From positions 1 through 36,421 of IMG/VR virus record IMGVR_UViG_3300020045_008977: DNA of 36,421 bases, one strand, 5' to 3'. The position numbers and the translations under genes are program-made. Every line of letters begins with the position of its first letter. The first letter of the stretch is position 1. Under the pieces are notes generated by a model, which was given only the letters and a program-made list of their open reading frames with translations, did not search any database and was not told the origin of the DNA. The DNA comes from a virus (lineage: Duplodnaviria; Caudoviricetes). Below, piece after piece: positions 1 through 8,587 of this stretch.

Positions 1-148
1 CAAATGCCGCTCCGATCTTGGCAGCAACACCGAGAAATCCGGAGCCAAAACTTTTTACATTGCTGTCTGTTTTTTTAAGTGCACTATCAAGCCCGGAAGT
101 ATCTCCCGTAACCTGCCAGACAAGCTTTCCTATGTCATATGATGCCAT
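1..148 (-). CDS. Tape measure protein, N-terminal part (runs off window start; continues at window end)
   Basis: ATG at 148 gives MASYDIGKLVWQVTGDTSGLDSALKKTDSNVKSFGSGFLGVAAKIGAAF, a typical TMP N-terminus; lies directly downstream of the tail chaperone. Confidence 0.85.
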   Translation of the reverse strand, partial: MASYDIGKLVWQVTGDTSGLDSALKKTDSNVKSFGSGFLGVAAKIGAAF

Positions 149-156
149 TTATTAAC

Positions 157-369
157 CTACTTGTTAAATATCGCAAAAGGTTTTCTTTCCTTAACAAAAA
201 TCCAGTCCTCAACTTCTTTAGGAAATCCTGAAATCATAATAGCCTGGTTTGTCATTGGTATATCCATTTTATTCCAGTAATCTTCCACGCTTAACGGTCT
301 CCAGTATTTGTTCAATGCAACAATAAGCCTATCAACGTGGAATTCTTTAATCTCGCTCAGTGAACTATT
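157..369 (-). CDS. Tail assembly chaperone gpGT-like C-terminal extension reached by -1 frameshift
   Basis: 70-codon open -1 frame (NSSLSEIKEFHVDRLIVALNKYW...AIFNK*) starting at the A10 run at 368-377 and filling the gap to the TMP start. Confidence 0.8.
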   Translation of the reverse strand, partial: NSSLSEIKEFHVDRLIVALNKYWRPLSVEDYWNKMDIPMTNQAIMISGFPKEVEDWIFVKERKPFAIFNK

Positions 370-818
370 TTTTTTTTATCTAAATCTTTATTTATAGCAA
401 TGTTTAAAAACTCATTTATACTCGCCGGTTCCACATTATTATTCCAGAATTCAAAAGACATCAGTTCTGAGTCTTCGCTGTAGCCGTTATCAATCAGTAT
501 ATCTTTTAACAACTTAAATCTTCGTTCAATTATTTTAGAATCTTTTAAACTGTTTAAATCTTCGTTAAGTGCATGAACTTCATCCTGGAACTTCTTAATA
601 GCTTCAAGATTATCTTTATTTTTTTCTTTTAATAACAATGAGACTTCTTCCTGTAGCAATCTGATATGATTCCATTTAGAACCAACCTCATAAATCTCCG
701 CTTGTAATTTAGCCCAATCGTTATGTCTCTGGTGAGGAATAAAATCAATCTCCAGTTTCTTTAATAGCTTCTTGCCCTTGATTCTATAATTCAATTCGTA
801 TTCTACTTTTTTAATCAT
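357..818 (-). CDS. Tail assembly chaperone (lambda gpG-like)
   Basis: Position between major tail and TMP; ends in slippery A10 run (DKKKIVH*). Confidence 0.8.
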   Translation of the reverse strand: MIKKVEYELNYRIKGKKLLKKLEIDFIPHQRHNDWAKLQAEIYEVGSKWNHIRLLQEEVSLLLKEKNKDNLEAIKKFQDEVHALNEDLNSLKDSKIIERRFKLLKDILIDNGYSEDSELMSFEFWNNNVEPASINEFLNIAINKDLDKKKIVH

Positions 819-851
819 TTCAATCTCCTGTAAGTTCTATTTGTTTTTAAA

Positions 852-878
852 GGGGGCAGGGCTTATTCCTCTGCCCCC
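852..878 (-). terminator. GC-rich hairpin between major tail and chaperone genes (weak terminator or mRNA-stabilising stem)
   Basis: GGGGGCAG...CTGCCCCC stem followed by TTT on minus strand. Confidence 0.5.
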
Positions 879-907
879 GGGAGTTAAAACCCTTTATATT
901 GCTTCAA

Positions 908-1789
908 TTATTGAGCTCCATTGTCAACTGAAAACGCGAATAGTTGCCTTCCATCTGTAAGAGTGCTGTCCAGTTTAGCGGTAAATGATAAAGGCAGAGA
1001 TTCAACGCCCTCTTCATTTGCACCTTTAAAATTAAAAGCAAAACCGCCGGAGTTAGCATCGACAGAATAAAGTTCAAGTTCCCTGACTTTTGAGTTGCTG
1101 TCAGTGTGCGTGATCTTCATTGCATATGCTGAAAGAGTCGCTCCTGATGATCCACAGTGAACAGTTGTTTTTGCAACCGGAGTATTTGAGCCGAAATCGA
1201 TAGTGATATCTTTTGTTTTCGGAGTACCTGTTGACATACCGGCAGAATTAAAAATAATACTCCATCCGCTATAACTATCGGAATCAGCAACAACCATGTA
1301 ATCACCTCCCGCACCGGCTCCAATCTCTGCAAGTACTTCAGGAGTTCCGGCAGCGTCAAGTGTTACGCTTGTTAATGTCGGCTTTGTGCTGAGTTTTAAC
1401 TTTGTGCTGTCGGTTGAACTTTCTTTCATAACAATTTCATACTTAACGTTATCATTCCAGTTTACAGGAATAACTTGTACGGGTGCTGTAGTGTTCGCAC
1501 TTGCCGCAGTTGTAGAGCTTGTAAACAATCCGCCACCTAATCGAACAAGGTTTGCAGGGTCGATGTTGATTAGGTTAAAAGCTCCCGCTATGGTCATGTT
1601 TTTAATTCTCTTTGCAAGCTTTCCTGCATTTGCTGTTTCAATTTGACTTTCATCATATTGAAGCGTTGCGGTAACTGCGTTTTCTATAGCTCCCAAATCT
1701 GTATAAGAGCCTGCACCAGATTCTTTGACAGAAACCTTTGCCCCGTCTGGCATGTAGATGTATGAAGTGATACTCGACTGAATAGGCAT
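908..1789 (-). CDS. Major tail (tube) protein
   Basis: 293 aa, S/T/G/A-rich beta protein, N-terminal YTDLGAI motif, canonical position after tail terminator. Confidence 0.8.
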   Translation of the reverse strand: MPIQSSITSYIYMPDGAKVSVKESGAGSYTDLGAIENAVTATLQYDESQIETANAGKLAKRIKNMTIAGAFNLINIDPANLVRLGGGLFTSSTTAASANTTAPVQVIPVNWNDNVKYEIVMKESSTDSTKLKLSTKPTLTSVTLDAAGTPEVLAEIGAGAGGDYMVVADSDSYSGWSIIFNSAGMSTGTPKTKDITIDFGSNTPVAKTTVHCGSSGATLSAYAMKITHTDSNSKVRELELYSVDANSGGFAFNFKGANEEGVESLPLSFTAKLDSTLTDGRQLFAFSVDNGAQ

Positions 1790-1795
1790 GCTATT

Positions 1796-2173
1796 TTACC
1801 TCATTTTTAATTTTATTGTAACCGGCGTATTATACAAATCGGTTGAATCCGCCGGTGGTATGGTATTCAACACTAAACTTAATTTGAAACTATCTACTCC
1901 ATGAATACGGTTTAACGCCGTATGCACAGTATAAGCCATGGTTAAAGATCCATTAAAAGTTGCTGCTCTGCAATTTACAGAATATTCATACTCCTCTAAT
2001 TCGTTCGCTCCGATTATAGGGCTGACTAAATAAAAGTTAATGCTCTTCTTTCCGGTAAAATCTGCCGGTATAAGTGAGTCATTAAACAAAGCTTTCCCTG
2101 ATCCGTAAGTATCAATCAGATTAGTAATTGCAGTTACATTCAAAGCTGTATATATTTCAGTAGCACCGAACAT
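1796..2173 (-). CDS. Tail terminator / tail completion protein
   Basis: 125 aa; synteny between gp10-like and major tail genes. Confidence 0.6.
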   Translation of the reverse strand: MFGATEIYTALNVTAITNLIDTYGSGKALFNDSLIPADFTGKKSINFYLVSPIIGANELEEYEYSVNCRAATFNGSLTMAYTVHTALNRIHGVDSFKLSLVLNTIPPADSTDLYNTPVTIKLKMR

Positions 2174-2598
2174 TATTTAACCCCGAATATTTCACGATCT
2201 TTCATATTAGCTTTTGTCAATTTACCTCTTGCGGTCTCATTCTGTATTTTGATCATAACATCCGCGCCTTTTTGTCCTAATGCTTTCATTGCTATGGCCG
2301 GTCTTAAGTAAGGCTGTGGCCTCATTTTACGCGTTCCAAATTCCTGATAAACTGCATAGTCAACAGATGAGCCCACATAACCTTCAAGTTTTTTAGGAGA
2401 AGGCACTCCGTCAATTGTCCCGGTTCCATCTTTTGAAGTTTTCCAGACTATAGATCCTTTGAGCCGTGCTGTATCAACCGGGGCAAGCGTTACGGCCTGA
2501 CCTCTTACGCTTGCACAAATAGAAGCTATGCCCTGTTCTATGCCCTCTTCGATGATCTTTAAAACATCCGGATTTTTAGATATTTCTATCATGCCCAT
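2173..2598 (-). CDS. HK97 gp10-like neck/tail component
   Basis: Motifs APVDTARLKGSI and YAVYQEFGTRKMRPQPYLRPA. Confidence 0.9.
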   Translation of the reverse strand: MGMIEISKNPDVLKIIEEGIEQGIASICASVRGQAVTLAPVDTARLKGSIVWKTSKDGTGTIDGVPSPKKLEGYVGSSVDYAVYQEFGTRKMRPQPYLRPAIAMKALGQKGADVMIKIQNETARGKLTKANMKDREIFGVK

Positions 2599-2936
2599 TC
2601 CTTAACATTGATCTGTAAAACTTTCCCTTGAGCTGCGATGTCATCCGCATAAACCAGCATATAATCACCTTCACCGGAAACTGTAATTTTGCAGTCTGTC
2701 GGCAATTCTGATTCCGCCAGTGCTGCCGGATCAACTATAATACAGGCTGTAACCTGTTCTTTAAACTTATCGCTAATATTCGGCTTTGATCCTGTAGCTT
2801 TCCAGTACAAGCCCTTAACCGTTTTAATCACGGTTGTCCACGTTGGTTCTCCCAGAATGCCGTTTGTAATTGTCTGAGTTTTACTATAAACGGTTATAGT
2901 CTTTGAAACACTGTTATTTAATAAAGCCCCAATCAT
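2589..2936 (-). CDS. Head closure / head-tail joining protein
   Basis: 115 aa beta-rich; synteny in neck module. Confidence 0.6.
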   Translation of the reverse strand: MIGALLNNSVSKTITVYSKTQTITNGILGEPTWTTVIKTVKGLYWKATGSKPNISDKFKEQVTACIIVDPAALAESELPTDCKITVSGEGDYMLVYADDIAAQGKVLQINVKEWA

Positions 2937-3178
2937 TCAAGAGCCCCGTATTTATCACATACGCTTGATGCCGGTTTAATCTTTTTCGGCTTTTTCTTCG
3001 TGTCGGTTTGGGCAATTGGTTGCCTGACAATGGCCTTTAAGTCTTTCAATTCTTCCGTGTAACCTGAACTGGCTTTTGATAATTCTAGCACCTGCGGTAA
3101 AAACGCAGCCGAAGAGAAACAAATAAACGCGACAAAGTAACATAGTAACATCAAAGTTCTGCAATTTTTCCATTTCAT
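2933..3178 (-). CDS. Small single-TM membrane protein inserted in neck module
   Basis: GAGG 7 nt before ATG; hydrophobic LMLLCYFVAFICFSSAAFL, basic C-terminus; ATGA overlap with next gene. Confidence 0.55.
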   Translation of the reverse strand: MKWKNCRTLMLLCYFVAFICFSSAAFLPQVLELSKASSGYTEELKDLKAIVRQPIAQTDTKKKPKKIKPASSVCDKYGALE

Positions 3179-3192
3179 TTCATAGCCTCTAT

Positions 3193-3762
3193 TTAACCGA
3201 CTCGCGCATATGGAGTCCCTAAATCATCAATTAACGATTGTGGATAATCATATTGTTTATTGATTTCTTTATCTGAATAAGTAATTGATACAGGGCCATA
3301 AGTCTCTGATTGAATGCCTTTAGCGATTGAATCGGTAATATTCATTTTGCTTATTTTATACCATATCATTTTAGATATTGCCGGGAACATTGAAAGTTTT
3401 ATTGTAGGGTAAATATAAGTTCCCGAACCTGTCGCAGCTGATGAAAGAGTGTAATATCCAGTATCGGGATTATAGCTTTTGATGTAAGTATCGGCCGGGA
3501 TATTATCATGTGCAACCACTTGCCCTAACTCAATGCCGAATGAGGTATTAACAAGCATATTATAAACATCTGTGTCGTGTATTAAAATCTGATCAGAGCT
3601 GTTAAAAAAAGCCCCGATATATTTGTTATATGGGTTGTTCAATATTCGTCTGACATCACTTGAAACAATCGGAATCATCGCGGTAATAGACGCATCATAA
3701 GTCGTCACTGATAACCCTAATTGAGCCTTGACTGTCGCTAATGTGATTAAGTTCATATCCAT
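3193..3762 (-). CDS. Head-tail adaptor (gp6/gp15-like)
   Basis: N-term LITLATVKAQLGL, C-term IQSETYGPVSITY...LGTPY. Confidence 0.8.
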   Translation of the reverse strand: MDMNLITLATVKAQLGLSVTTYDASITAMIPIVSSDVRRILNNPYNKYIGAFFNSSDQILIHDTDVYNMLVNTSFGIELGQVVAHDNIPADTYIKSYNPDTGYYTLSSAATGSGTYIYPTIKLSMFPAISKMIWYKISKMNITDSIAKGIQSETYGPVSITYSDKEINKQYDYPQSLIDDLGTPYARVG

Positions 3763-3763
3763 C

Positions 3764-4867
3764 TTATGGCAACCTGTATATTTCTTCTTCGTAAAAGAAA
3801 AGATTTAAATATCCAGTTGAAGCTGTAGTTGGCCCGATGTTCGTAACGCTTATTACATAATCAGTCCCAGGTTCTAAAACAAACTCATTAAGCCCGCCCA
3901 TTCCTACGCCGCCGGATTTACCGCCTGATGTGCTGCCCTGTCCTGCTGTGTCCTGGTAAATTATAACTTCAGGTCTTAAAACCCATGCTTCGGCAGTGCT
4001 TTCCACATCTCCGATTAAAACTTTAGTTATATGCCTGAATATACTTGCTGATAAATCTTTTTCGGTTGCACCATTTAAAGCAGCCGCTTTTCCTAAATAT
4101 GAACCGTCTGGAGCTGTGCCTATAACACCGACTATTTTAGTTGTCGCGCCATTTGCGTCTATTCTCAGCAGTCTATCTCTTGCCCTTGAATCTATTATAG
4201 TTGCAACTCCTGCAGATAAAACAGTTGTTAACAATGTTGTTATAGTGGCGTTTGCGCTTGCTTCTCTGATTGTAACAGTTCCCGCAGCAACTGAATCCAT
4301 TTCAACGCCTAGAATAGCTGACCAGTTAAGATGACTCGAAACTAACTGAGTCGTTCCGTTAAGTGCCAATTGTTCAGATATAACTTCAGTAGTTGCACCG
4401 TGTAAAGTTCCGTAGAGTGTGACAATCATTCCTATGTCTGCAGCATTATTTGATACAATTTCAACTCCATCGTTATTCGGCTGATTTCCAAAGTTTCCGC
4501 CGGCTGTAGATGCAATTATATTTCTTCCAGTTAAAGCTGCTGTAACACCCGCTTTAAATACGGTTTCTGAATGTTTAGGATTATATCCTCTGAAATGATT
4601 ATCAAGTGAGAAAGTTGTTCCATCCGTAAAATCAGTTGCTTCGTGTATCTGTAAAAGCATAATATTAGCAGAGCTTGAAAAGAAAACCGGTCTCAGGTGA
4701 ATAGCTATGTTTTTTTCTGCAGTCGGTGTTCTTATTGCAAACTTATAAAGAGCTGCAGCCGCAAGTGAACCAGTATTAGTAGCAACTGAAAAACCTTTTT
4801 GTTCATGTATATAGGCGTGATCTGTGTCCATTATAGCTTCGGAAGATGTATGTTTATCCTGTCTCAT
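3764..4867 (-). CDS. Putative virion accessory protein with internally repeated beta domain
   Basis: 367 aa between decoration and adaptor genes; two internal repeats ending ALNG(T/A)T. Confidence 0.55.
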   Translation of the reverse strand: MRQDKHTSSEAIMDTDHAYIHEQKGFSVATNTGSLAAAALYKFAIRTPTAEKNIAIHLRPVFFSSSANIMLLQIHEATDFTDGTTFSLDNHFRGYNPKHSETVFKAGVTAALTGRNIIASTAGGNFGNQPNNDGVEIVSNNAADIGMIVTLYGTLHGATTEVISEQLALNGTTQLVSSHLNWSAILGVEMDSVAAGTVTIREASANATITTLLTTVLSAGVATIIDSRARDRLLRIDANGATTKIVGVIGTAPDGSYLGKAAALNGATEKDLSASIFRHITKVLIGDVESTAEAWVLRPEVIIYQDTAGQGSTSGGKSGGVGMGGLNEFVLEPGTDYVISVTNIGPTTASTGYLNLFFYEEEIYRLP

Positions 4868-4895
4868 TTATTACCTCGTTTAAAAAGTTGTGAAA

Positions 4896-4911
4896 GCCCT
4901 CCGAAAAGGGC
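4896..4911 (-). terminator. Putative terminator after capsid/decoration genes
   Basis: GCCCT-TTTCGG-AGGGC-TTT on minus strand. Confidence 0.5.
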
Positions 4912-4923
4912 AATCATATATCT

Positions 4924-5337
4924 TTAAATCGGAGATCCGTAAATATAAGCTATAGCTCTTACTTTTCCGGCCTCTGTTCCGTCTTGACCGGTTGAAATAA
5001 AGTTAAGAGTTTCGCCCGCTGTTGTAACCGCCTGAGCGTTATCTATACTTGTTGCTCTGCCCATTATGTGATCAACCGCACAAGTCATTGCGTCTGTTAT
5101 TGCAGTTGTTGACCTCCTGAGCTGTAGAGTCCCCGTTGTTGCCGCCGCTTGAGACTGAAATACTACATCTGCTATATTCATTGCTACCGGCATTGTAAAA
5201 CTAAACCCTGCCGCCGCTGTTGAATCAACAACAACTCTTATAACAGTATTGACATATCCCAAGGCAGTTTCAAGTCCGACACTTTGATTTGTAGGATTGT
5301 CGTTGCCTAATTCTTTTCTATTTGCTGCGCTTAACAT
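4924..5337 (-). CDS. Putative capsid decoration protein
   Basis: 137 aa A/T-rich beta protein immediately after major capsid gene. Confidence 0.55.
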   Translation of the reverse strand: MLSAANRKELGNDNPTNQSVGLETALGYVNTVIRVVVDSTAAAGFSFTMPVAMNIADVVFQSQAAATTGTLQLRRSTTAITDAMTCAVDHIMGRATSIDNAQAVTTAGETLNFISTGQDGTEAGKVRAIAYIYGSPI

Positions 5338-5349
5338 ATAAGCCCCCTA

Positions 5350-6522
5350 TCAACCCATCAATATTGCGATGTGTTCAGGCTGTACAGCTTTAAAACCATA
5401 GCAGAGATGGAGTCTCCAAGTTATCATACCATCACCAACGATTTCACAAAGCAAAAATGTCATTCCGTTTCCGGCTGATATAGGAATCTGTCTGATGTTA
5501 GCATTTGCAGGGATAAGCGGAGGTCTCATAATACCCACAACCGCGCTTCTTTCAAACGCCACGTTCGCTGTATAAGCTGAAGATACAAGAATAGTATCGT
5601 TTATTGCTGATGCAACTTTTAGTCCTGGTCTGTTAATAACTATATTACCAGTTGTTACACCCGCACCGCCAAGACCTGTATTTACAACATATTTGTTAGT
5701 GTCTGTTCCAGCTGCAAGTTTAGTCCCATTGGTTACAACATCGCCGGCAACAAAAGTCTCTGTAGCGGTAAGTGTTTTTACTGCCAAAGTTGTTTCTCCT
5801 ATAGGCTCGACTGCTGAAAATTGAGCTGTTGAAGATGTTCCCGCGGTTCCTGCTGTGTGGCTAGCAACTCCACCGGATTCTCTGAGATTAAAACCAAATT
5901 GTTTCCCGAATATTCCATTACGTCTTTCAATGTCTGATCCTGCAGCTTGAGCCTGTTGATAAATAGCAAGTTTTCCAAGATTATAACTTGCTTCTGTATC
6001 CATAACAAGCTGCATATCTACCATAGGCGCGCCGTTATCTCTAAGTATTTTTCTTACTGCGGCAATGTCGTTAATGTCTGAAGCAAATGGAGCTGTTCCG
6101 GCTGTCCCCCATGCGCGGGAAGCGTTCTTGTAGATTTCTGTCATTGCTGCAGCTTCAGCTTCATTTTTAAGAGTTCTCATTCCTTGTGCAATAAGCTGTC
6201 TTACCCATTCTTTATCAGAATCACCATTTTCAAGACTTCTGATTTGTTCGCCTGTTAAATGCCATGATGTTTGAACCGATTTACTGATAGTAACCTCTAT
6301 TGCATCAGCTATTTTATCAGTTCCGGCAGTAGTTGTCATTGCCGGTGTATAATCTGTTGAAGCTGCGGCGGGTGCAAGAGGGAGCTTTATTGTGTCTCCG
6401 ACCGCAACGCCTTTATCTCCAAACGCAAGATTTATACCGTCTAGCGCGCCGACTGCTTCCTGACTTACTTCCTGTGCGGCACTATAAAGCACCGGTGCAA
6501 GATCTGTTAATGTGTTACTCAT
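5350..6522 (-). CDS. Major capsid protein (P22 coat-like, HK97 fold with insertion domain)
   Basis: MSNTLTDL start, GDTIKLP motif, C-term LCYGFKAVQPEHIAILMG; follows scaffold. Confidence 0.88.
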   Translation of the reverse strand: MSNTLTDLAPVLYSAAQEVSQEAVGALDGINLAFGDKGVAVGDTIKLPLAPAAASTDYTPAMTTTAGTDKIADAIEVTISKSVQTSWHLTGEQIRSLENGDSDKEWVRQLIAQGMRTLKNEAEAAAMTEIYKNASRAWGTAGTAPFASDINDIAAVRKILRDNGAPMVDMQLVMDTEASYNLGKLAIYQQAQAAGSDIERRNGIFGKQFGFNLRESGGVASHTAGTAGTSSTAQFSAVEPIGETTLAVKTLTATETFVAGDVVTNGTKLAAGTDTNKYVVNTGLGGAGVTTGNIVINRPGLKVASAINDTILVSSAYTANVAFERSAVVGIMRPPLIPANANIRQIPISAGNGMTFLLCEIVGDGMITWRLHLCYGFKAVQPEHIAILMG

Positions 6523-6533
6523 TTTTTACCTCT

Positions 6534-7151
6534 TTAATCTTTTATTGTTCCACCGTTTTTCATGAATTCGGCTCGTTCTTTGCCCTGCATATTATTAAAT
6601 TCAACAAGCGTTACAACTTTTCCGGAAACTGCCACTCCTGAAACTGGGGCTTTCCCGGCTAAAGCCTGATTCACTGCTTGCTCTTTCTTCTCGTTTACAA
6701 GCTTATCAATGTAATCCTTAAAAGCTTTAACATCCGCTTGAATTTCTGACTCTTCCTGTCCGCTGATGCGCTTTGCAAATTCTAACGGAATCCCCGCATC
6801 AACTAAGGCTTTGTCAACAATTCTTTCTCTTATTAAAGATTTAGTTAATTCCTGTTCTTTTAATCGTTCCTGTTTAGCTATCTCAGTAAGGGCTTTTTCC
6901 CTTTCAACTTCAGTTAGCTTTTCAAGTTCTTTCTGCTTAATGACTTTCTCATCTTCAGATATTTTCCTGTTAAGCCCTGAAATTTCTTTCTTGCGCTCTT
7001 CAAGTTCAGCAGTCGCTTTTTTGTGCTCTGCTTCCATCTGTAAAAATCTTTCATTAAGTTCTTTTAGTGTCGGTTCTGTAACCGCCGCTGGTGTTTGAGT
7101 CGAAGCCGGTTCCTGAGTATTCCCCTGAACCGTTGTATCTGGTTGTAACAT
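6534..7151 (-). CDS. Capsid scaffolding protein
   Basis: Charged coiled coil; C-term EFNNMQGKERAEFMKNGG; directly upstream of capsid. Confidence 0.8.
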   Translation of the reverse strand: MLQPDTTVQGNTQEPASTQTPAAVTEPTLKELNERFLQMEAEHKKATAELEERKKEISGLNRKISEDEKVIKQKELEKLTEVEREKALTEIAKQERLKEQELTKSLIRERIVDKALVDAGIPLEFAKRISGQEESEIQADVKAFKDYIDKLVNEKKEQAVNQALAGKAPVSGVAVSGKVVTLVEFNNMQGKERAEFMKNGGTIKD

Positions 7152-7254
7152 ACTAAACCACCTTTATTATTTTATTTTATTTAAGTCAAGTCTTTTTTAT
7201 TAAAATACTAAATTTATAACATAGTTATTTAATGTAATTCTAAAATACTATATA

Positions 7255-7377
7255 TTAGAAATTATCATCTTTGTTTAATATCAAACACAACAAAGTTATT
7301 ATTCCCATTAACACAAAAGGCAAAGCAAATAAAAAACATATAAAAATTGACTTGTATTCATTTAAATCATTACTCAT
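7255..7377 (-). CDS. 40-aa single-TM peptide (not in ORF track)
   Basis: TAATG overlap with gp7-like stop; MSNDLNEYKSIFICFLFALPFVLMGIITLLCLILNKDDNF. Confidence 0.45.
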   Translation of the reverse strand: MSNDLNEYKSIFICFLFALPFVLMGIITLLCLILNKDDNF

Positions 7378-8450
7378 TATTTACCCTCCGGAAATAGGAT
7401 TTCTCCATATTTATTCTTGATAAGCTTATTTCCCTTTCTCCAGCTGTCAAAATCCTTATAGCTGAACACTTCATTTTCTCCCGTTACCGGATTTCTGCCC
7501 CGTCTTAATTCCGGTTCATTTCCGTCTATGATATCAATCGTTGTTTCACGGTCGTTAATATCGTATTTTTTGACACCCGTATTCCCTGGATACATTGCAG
7601 TAACACCTCCCGGATATTTAAAAGGCTCGTCAACTCCTACCGTTTGCCCGTCCATTCTTGCCGATTGTCCCCTTGTGCGGTTGTCCAAAACAGATACTAT
7701 TCTGCGTTTAACCTCTACCCCTATAGAGTCAAGATATTTAGAAGACGCGAAATGCCCTGCATTCATGGTTCTGTTTGATTCAGTCCGTATTATTCTCATC
7801 GCATTTGCCTTGGCGCCTGAAGCGGTTATTTCCCCGTTTTTAATTGCCGTAATTCCGATAACATTTTTAATATCCTCAACAAGTTTAATATAACCTTTTC
7901 CCTGAAGAAGCCCTTGAGTGATTGTATTCGATATCTGAAGTAATTCCTGATTCTTATTTTTAGTAAGTAATTCGAGCAAGGTTGAACTTTGAGCTTTGTA
8001 GAGTGAAACATCGCCGTATATCTCCTGTATTGATTTTGTAATTGCTTTCCACGATTTGTCCATTCCATAAATAGAGAACTCTGCTAATTCATAAGGCAGA
8101 ATCCCCACTGAAAAAGATGAGAGCCAAGATGCCTGATATTGCGCAAGATAATAGCTGTTCGAAAAGCCGACAAAAGATATGTTTTCAATGATTAAACCGG
8201 CTTTATTAGCGTAATTGTAATACATCTGCTTAATCTCTGACTGCAGCTTAGACAGCCGGTTAAACTTCATCATTGTATTATAATAGTCTTCAGGCTTAAC
8301 ACCGCTTAATAATTCAGCATATACGGTTTTAAGATCACTGCTTATGTCTTCGAAAGCTTTTTGGTATTGCTCAAGAACTTGTCTTGATAGATCGTCTATT
8401 TGACCTTGTACGAGCTCTGATCCTTGATTTTGGAAGTCAAGCCAGTTCAT
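7377..8450 (-). CDS. Minor head morphogenesis protein (SPP1 gp7 / Mu gpF-like)
   Basis: AMRIIRTESNR, VLDNRTR, MDGQ..GVDEPF, YPG...INDR motifs. Confidence 0.88.
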   Translation of the reverse strand: MNWLDFQNQGSELVQGQIDDLSRQVLEQYQKAFEDISSDLKTVYAELLSGVKPEDYYNTMMKFNRLSKLQSEIKQMYYNYANKAGLIIENISFVGFSNSYYLAQYQASWLSSFSVGILPYELAEFSIYGMDKSWKAITKSIQEIYGDVSLYKAQSSTLLELLTKNKNQELLQISNTITQGLLQGKGYIKLVEDIKNVIGITAIKNGEITASGAKANAMRIIRTESNRTMNAGHFASSKYLDSIGVEVKRRIVSVLDNRTRGQSARMDGQTVGVDEPFKYPGGVTAMYPGNTGVKKYDINDRETTIDIIDGNEPELRRGRNPVTGENEVFSYKDFDSWRKGNKLIKNKYGEILFPEGK

Positions 8451-8587
8451 TTTGAGACCTTCCCGCAGATTTCACACTTAAGGCTTTTATCATTTTGCTC
8501 TATAAAGCTATGCCCTGATATTATAGTATTAAACCGGATATAATAATATAATTCTGTAATCCAACATATAGGCTTAAACAGAAACAT
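8447..8587 (-). CDS. 46-aa hypothetical protein with C-terminal CxxC
   Basis: AGGAG before ATG at 8587 (MFLFKPICW...KCEICGKVSK); overlaps both neighbours. Confidence 0.4.
   Translation of the reverse strand: MFLFKPICWITELYYYIRFNTIISGHSFIEQNDKSLKCEICGKVSK

Noticed and set aside
2976-3173. 65-aa alternative-frame ORF as an embedded o-spanin
   Set aside because: No convincing lipobox, and RBS spacing favours the 3178 start; not excluded, but unsupported.
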